Translations under genes and position numbers: made by a program | Notes under the pieces: model-generated | Seen by the model: only the letters and a program-made list of their open reading frames with translations | Databases searched by the model: none | What the model was told of the DNA's origin: nothing | In this document: positions 48,814-59,172 of the stretch, in pieces | How positions within the stretch are numbered: position 1 is the stretch's first letter | How the letters are laid out: each line of letters opens with the position of its first letter | DNA from: Candidatus Bathyarchaeia archaeon | Lineage (GTDB): Archaea > Thermoproteota > Bathyarchaeia > Bathyarchaeales > Bathycorpusculaceae | Direction: 5' to 3' | Assembly (NCBI GenBank): GCA_038883775.1 | Contig: JAVZLM010000007.1 | Coordinates: 46,177-110,176 of the forward strand | DNA: 64,000 nucleotides

Positions 48814-49604
48814 CTTCCAACAACGCCTTCCTCAACCAACGCCTTAACCAGTTTTTCAGCAATTTCTTGTGGCGTTTCACCCGTTATCTTTATTTTTTTG
48901 CGTTCTGTTTTTGGAGCCAAAACTTCCATTACTTCAATCTTTGCATCCAAATTCTCTTTTTGAAGGTTTAAGTCTGCAGCTGTCCATGTTATTATTTCTT
49001 TTTTAGAAGCTTTCATAATCATCATTAGCGAGGGAATTCTGGGCTGATTTATCTCTCTTGTAACCGAAACTAAAGCGGGCGTTTTCACTTTCACAGTTTC
49101 AACTGCTTCTTCAAGGGCTCTTTCTGCAATAATCACATCATTTTCAACGGAAATTTTTCTAACAGAACTCACATGCGCCAATCCCAAAAGCTCCGCCAAT
49201 CTTGAACTGACAAGTCCAGAAAAACTGTCAAGGGAAGTTTCGCCGCAAAGAATCAAGTCAAAGGCTCCAATTTTTTTGATGGCTCCTGCTAGAATATACG
49301 CTGTGCCCAAAGTGTCAACTTCTTTAAAAAGGGGGTCCATAACCATGTAAGCCTTGTCTGCTCCCATGGCTAGGGCTTCCCGCAAAACAGTTTTTGCATC
49401 TTCCGCTGTGACTGTTACCGTTATTATTTCGATGTTGCCAATTTTCTCCTTAATCCTAATGGCTTCTTCTAAGGCGTTCTTGTCAAAATCGCTTATTTTT
49501 TTGGCTGCACCAGCCGTTATCAGCTGTCTTGTTGCTGGATCCACTTTTAATTGTGAAACGTCAATTGCTTGTTTTAGGCAAACAATTATTCTATTCAACA
49601 ACAC
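48810..49604 (-). CDS. etfB: electron transfer flavoprotein, beta subunit
   Basis: 264 aa. VCLKQAIDVS.....DFDKNALEEAIRIKE resembles ETF-beta. It is coupled to etfA. Confidence 0.85.
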   Translation of the reverse strand: MLLNRIIVCLKQAIDVSQLKVDPATRQLITAGAAKKISDFDKNALEEAIRIKEKIGNIEIITVTVTAEDAKTVLREALAMGADKAYMVMDPLFKEVDTLGTAYILAGAIKKIGAFDLILCGETSLDSFSGLVSSRLAELLGLAHVSSVRKISVENDVIIAERALEEAVETVKVKTPALVSVTREINQPRIPSLMMIMKASKKEIITWTAADLNLQKENLDAKIEVMEVLAPKTERKKIKITGETPQEIAEKLVKALVEEGVVGR

Positions 49605-49753
49605 TCACTTCTGACAGAGGTTATTAGGAAACCTACAATTTCTAGCGCTTGTAAAAAACTTTTGCGCTCTAATTTTATCCTTTTAAAGGTAAATTTCGGC
49701 TGAACCGCGGATATGTATAAAAACTTATTAGTATATGTTTTTTATGGTCTTTT

Positions 49754-50869
49754 ATGGAAGAAGCAAACATAGTCATTATAGGAGCTGGCATAGTTGGCTT
49801 AGCTGTGGCTGCAAAAATTTCTGAAAAAAATGAAGGAGTCTATATTTTAGAGAAAAACGCAAAGTTTGGACAAGAAACAAGCACTCACAACAGTGGCGTA
49901 ATCCACTCTGGAATTCATTATCCGCCTGGTTCTCTTAAAGCCAAGTTATGCGTTAAGGGCAATTTGATGATTTACGAAATCTGCGAGAAATACAAGATTC
50001 CCTGTAAGCGCTTAGGAAAGTTAACTGTAGCCATTGAAGAGGAAGAAATGGAGGAGTTAGAAAAACTGAGGCGTTGGGGAGAAACCAACGGAGTGGAAGG
50101 TTTAAAGATTTTAGAAAGGGAAGATGTTAAGCGGTTAGAACCAAATGTTGAGGTGGAAAAGGCGCTTTATACGCCTTCCACAGGCATTGTGGAACCTGAC
50201 GAGTTTATGAACTATTTTTATGCAAAAGCCTCTCAAAATGGGGCTGTTTTGGCTACAAAAACAGAGGTGACAGGCTTAAGGAAGATGGATGACTATTACG
50301 AGGTGAGCGGAATAAGTTTGGGCGAAAAATTCACCATCAAAGCCAAAAGTGTGATAAACTGTGCTGGGCTTTATTCGGACAAAATCGCCAAACTTATTGG
50401 GTTGGACGTGGAAAAACTTGGTTATAAATTGCATTATTGTAAAGGCGATTACTTTAGGCTTATTGGTAAACCTCCAGTAAAAATGCTCGTTTATCCGGTT
50501 CCAAAAGGACCAGGATTGGGAATTCACTTAACTCCAGATTTAGCTGGGGTGGTGAAGCTTGGACCAAACGCCTATTACGTGGACAATATCAGTTACGAAG
50601 TAAGTTCTAGCGAAGAGGAGTTTCGGGAAGATGTGAAGAGGTTTTTGCCATGCATCGCTAACTATCAATTAACATCAGATTTTGCTGGGGTAAGACCAAA
50701 ACTTCAAGGCCCAGGGGAAGGATTTAGAGATTTCGTTATAAGGCATGAGGATGATAAGGGTTTGTTTGGTTTTATAAATTTGATAGGCATCGAGTCGCCG
50801 GGTTTAACGGCAGCTCCAGCCATTGGCGAGTTTGTTTCCGAAATATATGAGAACAAAGTTAAAAAGTGA
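49754..50869 (+). CDS. FAD-dependent oxidoreductase, L-2-hydroxyglutarate oxidase/dehydrogenase (LhgO)-like
   Basis: IVIIGAGIVGLAVA...ETSTHNSGVIHSGIHYPPGSLKAKLC is typical of the LhgO/DAO family. Confidence 0.72.
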   Translation: MEEANIVIIGAGIVGLAVAAKISEKNEGVYILEKNAKFGQETSTHNSGVIHSGIHYPPGSLKAKLCVKGNLMIYEICEKYKIPCKRLGKLTVAIEEEEMEELEKLRRWGETNGVEGLKILEREDVKRLEPNVEVEKALYTPSTGIVEPDEFMNYFYAKASQNGAVLATKTEVTGLRKMDDYYEVSGISLGEKFTIKAKSVINCAGLYSDKIAKLIGLDVEKLGYKLHYCKGDYFRLIGKPPVKMLVYPVPKGPGLGIHLTPDLAGVVKLGPNAYYVDNISYEVSSSEEEFREDVKRFLPCIANYQLTSDFAGVRPKLQGPGEGFRDFVIRHEDDKGLFGFINLIGIESPGLTAAPAIGEFVSEIYENKVKK

Positions 50870-50961
50870 AAAAATTTTCAGAAAAAGGGTTTAAGCGTGA
50901 AACACCTGAATAGAGTTTTATTTAATGCCAACAACAAAAGGGAACAGAGGCTGCGTGGAAA

Positions 50962-52086
50962 ATGGCTTCCAAAACAGTTTTCTGGCAAGGAAACGAGGCT
51001 TGTGTTGAAGCAGCAATAATTGCTGGCTGCCATTTTTTCGCTGGATATCCCATATCCCCTGCGAACGAAATCTCTGAGTATATGGCAGAGCGTCTGCCAA
51101 AAGTTGGTGGCATTTTCATGCAGATGGAAGATGAAATAGCTTCCATAGGCGCTGTTATGGGGGCTAGTTGGTGTGGAGCGAAGGCTATGACCGCTACCTC
51201 TGGACCAGGCTTCAGCTTGATGCAAGAAACAATTGGATGGGGGTTTATGACGGAGACGCCTTGCGTTGTTGTTGATGTGCAGAGGGTTGGACCTGGCACT
51301 GGACAAGCCACTAAGGCTGCTCAGGGCGATGTAATGCAGGCTCGTTGGGGGACGCATGGCGACTATTCTGCTATTGCGCTTTCTCCCAATTCTGTTCAAG
51401 AACTGTTTGAGCTCACAATTAGAGCTTTTAACTTGGCTGAAAAGTATCGCACCCCTGTTGTCATTTTAACTGATGAAATAATAGCTCACGTTAGAGAGCA
51501 AGTTGCAATCCCGCCATTAGAAAAAATTGAAATAATAAATAGAAAAAAGCCCAAGGCTGAAGACAAAATGTTTTTTGGTTTAGAGAACGTGGCGCCCATG
51601 CCATCAGTTGGCGAGGGTTTTAATGTTGCTGTTACCGCTTCAACCCACGATGAATATGGAGTCCGTTTTACAGCAGACCCAAAAGTGCATAGGCGAATGT
51701 TAGAAGCCATCAACAACAAGATAAACAAAAACGTGGATGACATAGTGGAAGTTGAAACTTACAACGTTAACAACTGCCAAGTTGGCATAGTCTCTTTTGG
51801 ATGTGCATCCCGAGCAGTTTACGAAGCCGTAGAGGCTGCAGAAACTAAGGGAATAAAAACTGGTTATGTTCGTCTAAAAACCATTTGGCCCTTCCCAGAA
51901 AAACAAATCGAACGGTTAGCAGAATCTGCTGAGAAAATAATTGTTCCTGAGATGAATCTTGGGCAGATATTTTATGAGGTTAAAAGAGTTGCATGTTCTA
52001 GAAAAGTTGTTCCTTTGAATAAAATTGGCGGGGGAGAAATGATTACGCCTGAGGAGATTTTGGCTGAAATTTTAAGGGGGCGATGA
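50962..52086 (+). CDS. korA: 2-oxoacid:ferredoxin oxidoreductase, alpha subunit
   Basis: GNEACVEAAIIAGCHFFAGYPISPANEI...TSGPGFSLMQE...QRVGPGTG blocks. Confidence 0.9.
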   Translation: MASKTVFWQGNEACVEAAIIAGCHFFAGYPISPANEISEYMAERLPKVGGIFMQMEDEIASIGAVMGASWCGAKAMTATSGPGFSLMQETIGWGFMTETPCVVVDVQRVGPGTGQATKAAQGDVMQARWGTHGDYSAIALSPNSVQELFELTIRAFNLAEKYRTPVVILTDEIIAHVREQVAIPPLEKIEIINRKKPKAEDKMFFGLENVAPMPSVGEGFNVAVTASTHDEYGVRFTADPKVHRRMLEAINNKINKNVDDIVEVETYNVNNCQVGIVSFGCASRAVYEAVEAAETKGIKTGYVRLKTIWPFPEKQIERLAESAEKIIVPEMNLGQIFYEVKRVACSRKVVPLNKIGGGEMITPEEILAEILRGR

Positions 52087-52090
52087 ATGG

Positions 52091-52924
52091 ATGGGTGAAG
52101 CCTTTTCAAGTCGTAATTATATGAGAGATTTAAGATTGCCCTTCTGTCCTGGATGTGGCTTGTTTGCTTTAAGTGACACCTTTTTGAGGGCTGTTCACGA
52201 ATTGGGTTATAAAGATTTGAGTAATTTCATTTTTACAAGCGGTATAGGCTGCACTTCTTGGATTCCATCACCATATTTTAAGGCTGATTCTATCCACACG
52301 CTTCATGGAAGAAGCATACCCCCAGCAACAAGCATAAAACTCCTAAAACCAAACTTTCACGTTGTCGTCTTCGGAGGAGACGGCGACATAGTCGGCATAG
52401 GCTTAAGCCACTTCATCCACGCAGCAAGGCGAAACACGGATATTCTTGTGATAATGGGGAACAACATGGTTTATGGCATGACGGGAGGTCAAGTGGCACC
52501 CACAACTCCTTATAAAGCCTACACAACCACAACGCCCTATGGAAGCTTTGAGCATCCCTTAGACGCTGCAAAACTTGCAGTGGCGGCAGGCGCAGCCTAC
52601 GTAGCCAGATGGACAACCGCCCACCTAAATGAATTGAAAGAATCCATCAAGAAAGCAATACGGTTGCAAGGTTTTCGTTTCATTGAAGTTGTAACCCAAT
52701 GCCCAACAGCCTACGGCAGAAGAATGGGCTTTAAAAATGTTGGAGAGATGCTGAAGTGGTTTAGGGAAAACTCCATTCCCTTCAAGCAGACGGAAGGAAT
52801 GCGAGAAGAAGATTTGGAGGGTAAAATTGTTGTTGGAGAGTTTGTGGAAAGGAGGCGTCCGACGCTTGTGGAGAATGTTTACGCTTTGTTAAAGGAGGCG
52901 CAGAAAGGTGGCAAAAAGGATTGA
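52091..52924 (+). CDS. korB: 2-oxoacid:ferredoxin oxidoreductase, beta subunit (TPP-binding)
   Basis: FCPGCG..., GIGC, VVFGGDGD..GIG and NNMVYGMTGGQ motifs. Confidence 0.9.
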   Translation: MGEAFSSRNYMRDLRLPFCPGCGLFALSDTFLRAVHELGYKDLSNFIFTSGIGCTSWIPSPYFKADSIHTLHGRSIPPATSIKLLKPNFHVVVFGGDGDIVGIGLSHFIHAARRNTDILVIMGNNMVYGMTGGQVAPTTPYKAYTTTTPYGSFEHPLDAAKLAVAAGAAYVARWTTAHLNELKESIKKAIRLQGFRFIEVVTQCPTAYGRRMGFKNVGEMLKWFRENSIPFKQTEGMREEDLEGKIVVGEFVERRRPTLVENVYALLKEAQKGGKKD

Positions 52925-53441
52925 AATAATAATAGGTGGAAGTGGCGGTCAAGGTGTTGTTTTAGCCGGACAAGTGTTGGGTAAGGCTGTTGCTTATGAA
53001 GGCAAAAAAGTTTTGCAAACACAAAGTTATGGAGCCGAAGCAAGGGGAAGCCTAGCGAGAAGCGAAGTGATAATTTCAGATGAAAAAATAGGTTTTCCAG
53101 CTGTTAGAAAATGCGACATACTAGTTGCTATGAACCAGGAATCCTTAGATGCATATTTGTGTTGTCTCAAGGATGATGGGCTGCTAATAGTTGATAGCAC
53201 AAATGTGCAGGAAATCCATGAAGCAAAGGCGAAGGTCTACAGAATTCCCATAACAGAAACTTGCAAGAAAATGTTTGGGGAAGCGACATATGCAAACATG
53301 ATGATGCTTGGAGCCTTAACTAAAATAACAAGGCTTGTTAATGGCAAAACTATGGAAAAGGTCATTGAGGAAACTGTGCCCGCAAAAACTTTAGACCCTA
53401 ACCTGAAAGCCTTCCAGAAAGGTCAAGAGCTAATATCATAA
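52908..53441 (+). CDS. korC: 2-oxoacid:ferredoxin oxidoreductase, gamma subunit
   Basis: IIIGGSGGQGVVLAGQVLG...QSYGAEARGS. It overlaps korB by 17 nt. Confidence 0.88.
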   Translation: MAKRIEIIIGGSGGQGVVLAGQVLGKAVAYEGKKVLQTQSYGAEARGSLARSEVIISDEKIGFPAVRKCDILVAMNQESLDAYLCCLKDDGLLIVDSTNVQEIHEAKAKVYRIPITETCKKMFGEATYANMMMLGALTKITRLVNGKTMEKVIEETVPAKTLDPNLKAFQKGQELIS

Positions 53442-53448
53442 TGGTGTC

Positions 53449-54561
53449 TTGTTTATGGATTATGAAATTAAATGTAGCAGTTGTGGGCAATCTTCAACCA
53501 ACCCTTTAGATTTTAAGTGTCCAAAATGCAGTCATCCTTTAGAACTGCAAACTTTTATCGACTTTAAAGCTGAAAAAATTATAGGTAAGGACTATACGCT
53601 TTGGCGGTATGCAAAATTTTTCCCATACGTAAAAGAGGATATCATATCGTTGGGAGAGGGCTGGACCCCCCTTGTCAAGTTTTCCGAAAATGTCTATTTT
53701 AAACTTGAAAACTTGAATCCAACTGGTTCGTTTAAGGATAGAGGTTCAACAGTGCTTTTCTCCGCAATACATAGACTTGTAAAGGCTGCTGGTGGATACA
53801 TAAGTGAAGATTCTTCTGGCAATGCTGGGGCATCCATGGCTGCTTATGCTGCCAGAGCTGGTTTGAAAGCGAAGATTTATGTTCCAGAAAACGTTTCTGG
53901 ACCAAAGTTTAATCAAATCCAATTTTATGGTGCAGAAGTTGTCAAAGTTTCTGGAAGTCGCTGCAAGGTTGCTGAAGAAGCGCAAAAAGCTGAGAAGGGG
54001 AAATTTTATGTGGGGCATATTTTGCATCCATTGTTTAGGGATGGGATAAGAAGTCTTGCTTATGAGATAGCTGAACAGTTTGGTTGGAGTGTTCCAAAGC
54101 GCATTTATTTCCCGGTTTCGGCTGGCACCTTGCTTTTGGGCGTGATTGATGGGCTTAAGCACCTTATCAATTCAAACATAATCGAAGGTATGCCTAAAAT
54201 TGTGGCTTGCCAAACACAACAAGTTTCACCCCTCTACCACAAATTCAAAAATTTAGACTATACTCCTCCTGAAAAAATAACTTCCATAGCTGATGCATTA
54301 GTCAGTGTTAACCCTCCGCTTTTGAGGCTTATGGCTAAAAAGTTAAGGGAAGCTGATGGCGATGCGGTTATGGTTGACGAAAACGAGATTTATAGGGCTT
54401 TTATGGAGCTTGCTGGGAAAGGTTTTTTTGTGGAGCCAAGCTCAGCTGTGGCTTATGCAGCCTACCAAAAACAACTACTGGAAGACGCGAAGGCACGAAA
54501 AGAGAAAACATTAATAATCCTCACGGGAAGCGGATTGAAAACATCCTTAAAGCCAAGCTAA
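53449..54561 (+). CDS. thrC: threonine synthase (short form with N-terminal Zn ribbon)
   Basis: CSSCGQ...CPKC ribbon followed by GEGWTPLV...KLENLNPTGSFKDRG (PLP lysine). Confidence 0.88.
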   Translation: MFMDYEIKCSSCGQSSTNPLDFKCPKCSHPLELQTFIDFKAEKIIGKDYTLWRYAKFFPYVKEDIISLGEGWTPLVKFSENVYFKLENLNPTGSFKDRGSTVLFSAIHRLVKAAGGYISEDSSGNAGASMAAYAARAGLKAKIYVPENVSGPKFNQIQFYGAEVVKVSGSRCKVAEEAQKAEKGKFYVGHILHPLFRDGIRSLAYEIAEQFGWSVPKRIYFPVSAGTLLLGVIDGLKHLINSNIIEGMPKIVACQTQQVSPLYHKFKNLDYTPPEKITSIADALVSVNPPLLRLMAKKLREADGDAVMVDENEIYRAFMELAGKGFFVEPSSAVAYAAYQKQLLEDAKARKEKTLIILTGSGLKTSLKPS

Positions 54562-54678
54562 AATATTAGCCTTTTATGAAAAGATATTTGTCGAAAATGT
54601 GGTAGTGATTCTCAAATATGCTTTTTAGAAATTTTCCCTTCTTGATAGAATGGTTAAAAAAGAAATGGAAGATGAGTT

Positions 54679-55350
54679 TTAGCTTCTTTTGTGCTTTGTG
54701 AAGATTACGGCTGTTGCCACTATGGCTATTGCCACTATCAATGAGACGCTGATGGAAAGCATCTCAATTGGTAAGCTTGGTATTGGTAGCGGGTTTGAAG
54801 ATGATGCTTGCCAAATGTTTGTGCTTGTTGCTTTAAAAGTGGCTGATGTTGAGCCTTGGGTTAAGGTTACTTCTACGATTATTCCAGTCTCCTTGTCCCA
54901 GCAGTAGCTGAACTGCATATCTCCTTGCGTTAAGCTTGCGTAGACAACGGTTCTGCTTGCTCCCGCATAGGTTCCGGTTTTTTCACCAGCAATGGTTACG
55001 CTGCCTCCTTCCACCGCTTGAATAACATCTTCGGTCCTTGAGTTTGCTGGTATAAGCGCTTGGAAAGTGAGGTTTCCAGCGCCGCTGGCAACATCCCACG
55101 TCATGGTTTCAGTTTGTTCTGCGCCATTGCTGAAGTGTGTTGTCACGCGTAACGTTGCAGTTGTTCCCGCTGCTGATAGGCATTCCACTTTAACCCATTG
55201 AATAAAGTCGCTTGGCAAATTGCTACCTGAAACGTAGTCACATTTTATCCAGTCGCCTGCTTTAACGCCCAACTGCGCAGTAGCGTAAACTGAACCTACG
55301 CTGAACAGAAAAAGCATTGCAATTGTTCCCACAGCGGCTGTTTTCCTCAT
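54679..55350 (-). CDS. secreted/cell-surface protein with C-terminal membrane anchor
   Basis: Signal-like N-terminus MRKTAAVGTIAMLFLFSVGSVYATAQ, a beta-rich Thr/Ser-rich body, and a C-terminal TM (ISVSLIVAIAIVATAVIF) plus KHKRS. Confidence 0.7.
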   Translation of the reverse strand: MRKTAAVGTIAMLFLFSVGSVYATAQLGVKAGDWIKCDYVSGSNLPSDFIQWVKVECLSAAGTTATLRVTTHFSNGAEQTETMTWDVASGAGNLTFQALIPANSRTEDVIQAVEGGSVTIAGEKTGTYAGASRTVVYASLTQGDMQFSYCWDKETGIIVEVTLTQGSTSATFKATSTNIWQASSSNPLPIPSLPIEMLSISVSLIVAIAIVATAVIFTKHKRS

Positions 55351-55363
55351 AATGTTGCCTCCA

Positions 55364-57181
55364 TTATCCTCGTCTAACGATTATAACCGCTATCACAGAT
55401 GCAACTACTACGATGGCAACTGACAGTATTAGCCACCAGTAGCCCAATATGCCCGTCAAATCCACGCCGCCGATGCCACTGCCACCGCCGCCTTGCAGAT
55501 GCGCTGTCAACTCGTGGAAGCTGTGATGGTATTCCACATAAATCTGAGCATAGCTGCCCATTTGGTTTGTTTGGAATTCTATGGGCTGGTTGTCCAATGT
55601 AACGCTAACTGCGGAAAGAGAAGTTATCATTTCCATTGGTATTGTTATGTTGGCTATGCCTGTCGTTCCATCCGGACCGCCAACAGAAATGCTCAAAGCC
55701 ATACTTGTGGAATTAAACACCACGCCGAGTACGGAGGAGTTTGTTGAAACATACATTGTCTTATTTGACCATTGAAGCTGCATTCGAATCCATCCTTCTG
55801 GCAGAACGGAAATAAAAGCGTTTAATCCAGTTGCTGCAGCCTCAAGACCATCATTGTAGCCATCACCATCCGTATCCCGTCTTGTGGGATCTGTTCGGAA
55901 AACTTTGATTTCAACGCCGTCGCTCAGTCCATCCCCATCAGTATCTGGATTTAATAGATTCAACGGATAGGTTCCAGAACCAGTCCGGTTTATGTTAAAC
56001 TCGTACTCTTCCAAGTTGGACAAGCCATCATTGTCATAGTCTTTGTAGAGGTCTGTAGGGTCCAGCGGATTGAAGTATCCACAGAAAATTTCTTCACGGT
56101 CAGATAGGCCGTCTCCGTCGCTGTCCGGGTTGGAGGATATTGGAAGACTTAAATCTATAAGGTATGGGACACCCCAGGCTATCGGTTTAATGAAGGCGGC
56201 TATAGAGTCGTTGAGGGGCGACCATGTCCAACATTTGGCTCCATAAAAAATTGTTCTTTTGTTGCTTCCATCAACATTTACAGCTGTGATGTTACTACTA
56301 TCCCACCAAATATTATACGGATTATACTCACTTCTTTCTCCGTAATTAACTTCCGTGTATGTTAGCATTGTTCCATTTGGTGCCCAATTTAAATGCATTG
56401 CAATGTTGTTTTCTGAGATATCAGCAATCTTGGTTAGGTCAGTTCCATCGGAGTTAATGATCCAAACGCCAGTGTATGTTGTGAAGGCTATCTTGTCGTT
56501 TAATGGAGAAAACCTAACGCTAAACATTTGGTTATCTGACCCCTCAAGTTCCAGAACCAGTGATCTCTCACTTGTTTCTAAGTTGACCTTCCAGATTCGA
56601 CTAACATAAGTGTAGGGATATGAAGAATAGTTCTTTGCAAATTCCGTGTAAAGCAGTGTTGTGCCATTGCTTGACAAGTCAAAGAATGTGGGGACACATG
56701 AGGAGCTGCTATTAACGTAGGTTATGAAAGTTGGATTAGAACCACCCAAGCTTATCGAATATATTGCGGAAGAAGGAGCAAATACATAGCTAGTGTTGAC
56801 ATAGAATATTTTTGAGTCGACTGGTGAAATAATAAAACTATCAAACACGCCTTGACCGCTATAACCCCGCGGATTCCAGGACTCACTAATCGGTGACCAA
56901 GTGCTTGCGTTAATCACTACAAAACGGTCAGAACCAGCTATTAATAGCAGTTCTCCAGAGGGTGACCATACGATGCTTGTAGCGTCAATGCCTCCAGAAC
57001 TCCACATGATATGCCCATCTTGCGTTTGCCATACTTGAGGCGCAGGCCAATAAATAATCCTCGGATTGGCATTTTCGGTAGATTCGATTGCGTTCGAAAG
57101 AGGAACACTGCAAAGTCCAAGCATGATTAAAACGAAAATGATGGTTATTACGGCGATAGATGAAAGCCTAGTTTTCGACAT
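55364..57181 (-). CDS. cell-surface protein: TolB-like beta-propeller, four thrombospondin-type-3-like Ca-binding repeats, C-terminal anchor
   Basis: Signal/TM N-terminus and repeated WSP/FSP...D(G) blade motifs. Four DxDxDGxxDxxE repeats (NPDSDGDGLSDREE, DYDNDGLSNLEE, NPDTDGDGLSDGVE, RRDTDGDGYNDGLE) are followed by a Gly-rich linker, a TM helix and RRG. Confidence 0.75.
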   Translation of the reverse strand: MSKTRLSSIAVITIIFVLIMLGLCSVPLSNAIESTENANPRIIYWPAPQVWQTQDGHIMWSSGGIDATSIVWSPSGELLLIAGSDRFVVINASTWSPISESWNPRGYSGQGVFDSFIISPVDSKIFYVNTSYVFAPSSAIYSISLGGSNPTFITYVNSSSSCVPTFFDLSSNGTTLLYTEFAKNYSSYPYTYVSRIWKVNLETSERSLVLELEGSDNQMFSVRFSPLNDKIAFTTYTGVWIINSDGTDLTKIADISENNIAMHLNWAPNGTMLTYTEVNYGERSEYNPYNIWWDSSNITAVNVDGSNKRTIFYGAKCWTWSPLNDSIAAFIKPIAWGVPYLIDLSLPISSNPDSDGDGLSDREEIFCGYFNPLDPTDLYKDYDNDGLSNLEEYEFNINRTGSGTYPLNLLNPDTDGDGLSDGVEIKVFRTDPTRRDTDGDGYNDGLEAAATGLNAFISVLPEGWIRMQLQWSNKTMYVSTNSSVLGVVFNSTSMALSISVGGPDGTTGIANITIPMEMITSLSAVSVTLDNQPIEFQTNQMGSYAQIYVEYHHSFHELTAHLQGGGGSGIGGVDLTGILGYWWLILSVAIVVVASVIAVIIVRRG

Positions 57182-57440
57182 TTAATTTTCCTCCATGATT
57201 TTTTAGTGTTTATTACGAAAGCATACTCTAAAAACTTATGCATAAAAATTTCATAGAATAAATCCTAAAAATTCATCATAATTCCAACTAAACTTTAAAC
57301 TGTATTCTAAACATTAAAAGCCGAAATCTAGCACAAAATTACAGCAACCAAACTTGTTGGCTTACATAGCCTATTAACTCCGAGGAGTTCGATGAAGCGA
57401 TTTTATTCCAGAAATGTGCTCAATTAAGCGTAATTAAGGA

Positions 57441-57452
57441 AAAATTTATATT
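57441..57452 (+). promoter_or_regulatory. putative BRE/TATA element of the thermosome gene
   Basis: ggaaaaatttatattg lies ~45 nt upstream of the TTG start (57496). GGGAGG is at 57482..57487. Confidence 0.4.
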
Positions 57453-57495
57453 GTAATGCTGTTTTTCATTGAGACGCATTAGGGAGGTTGTTTGC

Positions 57496-59145
57496 TTGTC
57501 AACACAAGCTGGAGGAGTTCCAGTTTTAATATTAAAAGAAGGCTCAAGCCGAAGCCGCGGAAGAGAAGCCCAACACGCCAACATAATGGCTGCAAGAATT
57601 GTAGCCGAAACCGTGAAAAGTTCTTTAGGTCCGAAAGGCATGGATAAGATGCTTGTGGACAGCTTCGGCGATACAACCATCACAAGTGATGGACGCACAA
57701 TTTTGGATGAAATGGACATTCAACATCCAGCCGCTAAAATGATGGTGGAAGTTGCAAAAACTCAAGACAACGAAGCCGGCGACGGCACAACAACAGCCGT
57801 AATATTAGCCGGCGAATTACTCAACAAAGCCGAAGAACTTATTGGAAAAAATGTTCACCCAACCATAATAATAGATGGATACAAAAAAGCCAGCGAAAAG
57901 GCATTAGAAGTCTTAGAAAAGATAGCAATGCCAACTGGGTCAAACCGTGAAGAATACTTGAAAAAGGTGGCTATGACTTCCATGGCAAGCAAGTTAGTAG
58001 CCGAACACAGAGAATACTTGGCTGAGCTTGCAGTTAAGGCGGTCCTAGAAGTTGCAGAAAAAGAAAATGGAAAATACAAAGTGGACATTGACGACATTAA
58101 AGTTGAAAAGAAACCAGGCGAATCCCTAAGAGACACCAAACTCATTCAGGGCATAGTTTTAGACAAAGAAGTTGTCCACTCTGGCATGCCAAAACGGGTG
58201 GAAAAAGCCAAAATAGCCTTACTGGATACCGCATTGGAAATTGAGAAGACAGAGTTTGACGCGAAAATAAACATTGAAAGCCCAGAGCAAATGGACGCCT
58301 TCCTCAAACAAGAGGAAGAAATGCTAAAGCAAATGGTTGAAAAGATAGAGGCAGTAGGCGCAAACGTTGTCTTATGTCAAAAAGGCATCGATGACATGGC
58401 ACAGCACTTCTTAGCCAGAAAAGGAATTCTTGCAGTTCGCAGAATCAAAAAGTCAGACATGGAAAAACTTTCAAAAGCCACTGGTGGAAAAATAATAACC
58501 AACATAGACGACATGAGCCCCTCTGACCTGGGCTATGCAAGCCTCGTTGAGGAACGCAAGATAGGCGACGACAAAATGACTTTCGTCGAAGGATGCAAAC
58601 ATCCAAGAGCGGTTACGATTTTGATAAGGGGTGGAACAGAACGCATAGTAGACGAAGCTGAACGCTCACTGCATGACGCATTATGCGTGGTTCGAGACGT
58701 GGTTGAAGAACCAAAAATCTTGGCTGGGGGCGGAGCACCAGAGCTTGAAATTTCACGGGCTCTTAAAAAATACGCTGAAACCCTTCCAGGCAGAGAGCAG
58801 CTTGCAGTTAAAAGCTTCGCAGAAGCCCTCGAAGTAGTTCCAGTAACACTAACAGAAAACGCTGGCTTAGACCCAATAGACATACTGTCGGAACTGCGAG
58901 CACGCCACGAAAAGGGTGAAACATGGGCTGGAATAGAAGTAAACTCTGGAAAAGTCCAAGACATGAGCGAAGCCGGAGTCTTCGAGCCTTTGGCTGTTAA
59001 AAAACAAATCGTTAAATCTGCTGGAGAAGCCGCCTCAATGATACTTAAGATTGATGATGTGATTGCTGCTGGAAAAATGAAAGCTCCTCCAACACCTCCG
59101 GGTGGCCCCTCTGGGGCTGGGTATCCGGGCGCTGGGGAGTATTAG
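57496..59145 (+). CDS. ths: thermosome subunit (group II chaperonin)
   Basis: ORF 57469..59145 trimmed to the TTG preceded by [20 protein letters not shown] and VLAGGGAPE motifs, plus a C-terminal Gly/Pro-rich tail. Confidence 0.95.
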   Translation: MSTQAGGVPVLILKEGSSRSRGREAQHANIMAARIVAETVKSSLGPKGMDKMLVDSFGDTTITSDGRTILDEMDIQHPAAKMMVEVAKTQDNEAGDGTTTAVILAGELLNKAEELIGKNVHPTIIIDGYKKASEKALEVLEKIAMPTGSNREEYLKKVAMTSMASKLVAEHREYLAELAVKAVLEVAEKENGKYKVDIDDIKVEKKPGESLRDTKLIQGIVLDKEVVHSGMPKRVEKAKIALLDTALEIEKTEFDAKINIESPEQMDAFLKQEEEMLKQMVEKIEAVGANVVLCQKGIDDMAQHFLARKGILAVRRIKKSDMEKLSKATGGKIITNIDDMSPSDLGYASLVEERKIGDDKMTFVEGCKHPRAVTILIRGGTERIVDEAERSLHDALCVVRDVVEEPKILAGGGAPELEISRALKKYAETLPGREQLAVKSFAEALEVVPVTLTENAGLDPIDILSELRARHEKGETWAGIEVNSGKVQDMSEAGVFEPLAVKKQIVKSAGEAASMILKIDDVIAAGKMKAPPTPPGGPSGAGYPGAGEY

Positions 59146-59172
59146 GATACGTCTAAAAAAGAGAAGAAAATT

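Noticed and set aside
50878-51399. Minus-strand ORFs of 173 aa and 129 aa overlapping korA
   Set aside because: They are antisense to a strongly supported korA CDS in a locally GC-richer stretch. Their Arg/Ser/Pro-rich composition is typical of spurious frames.
58533-58964. 143-aa minus-strand ORF inside the thermosome gene
   Set aside because: It is antisense to an unambiguous chaperonin CDS and is Ser/Arg-rich.
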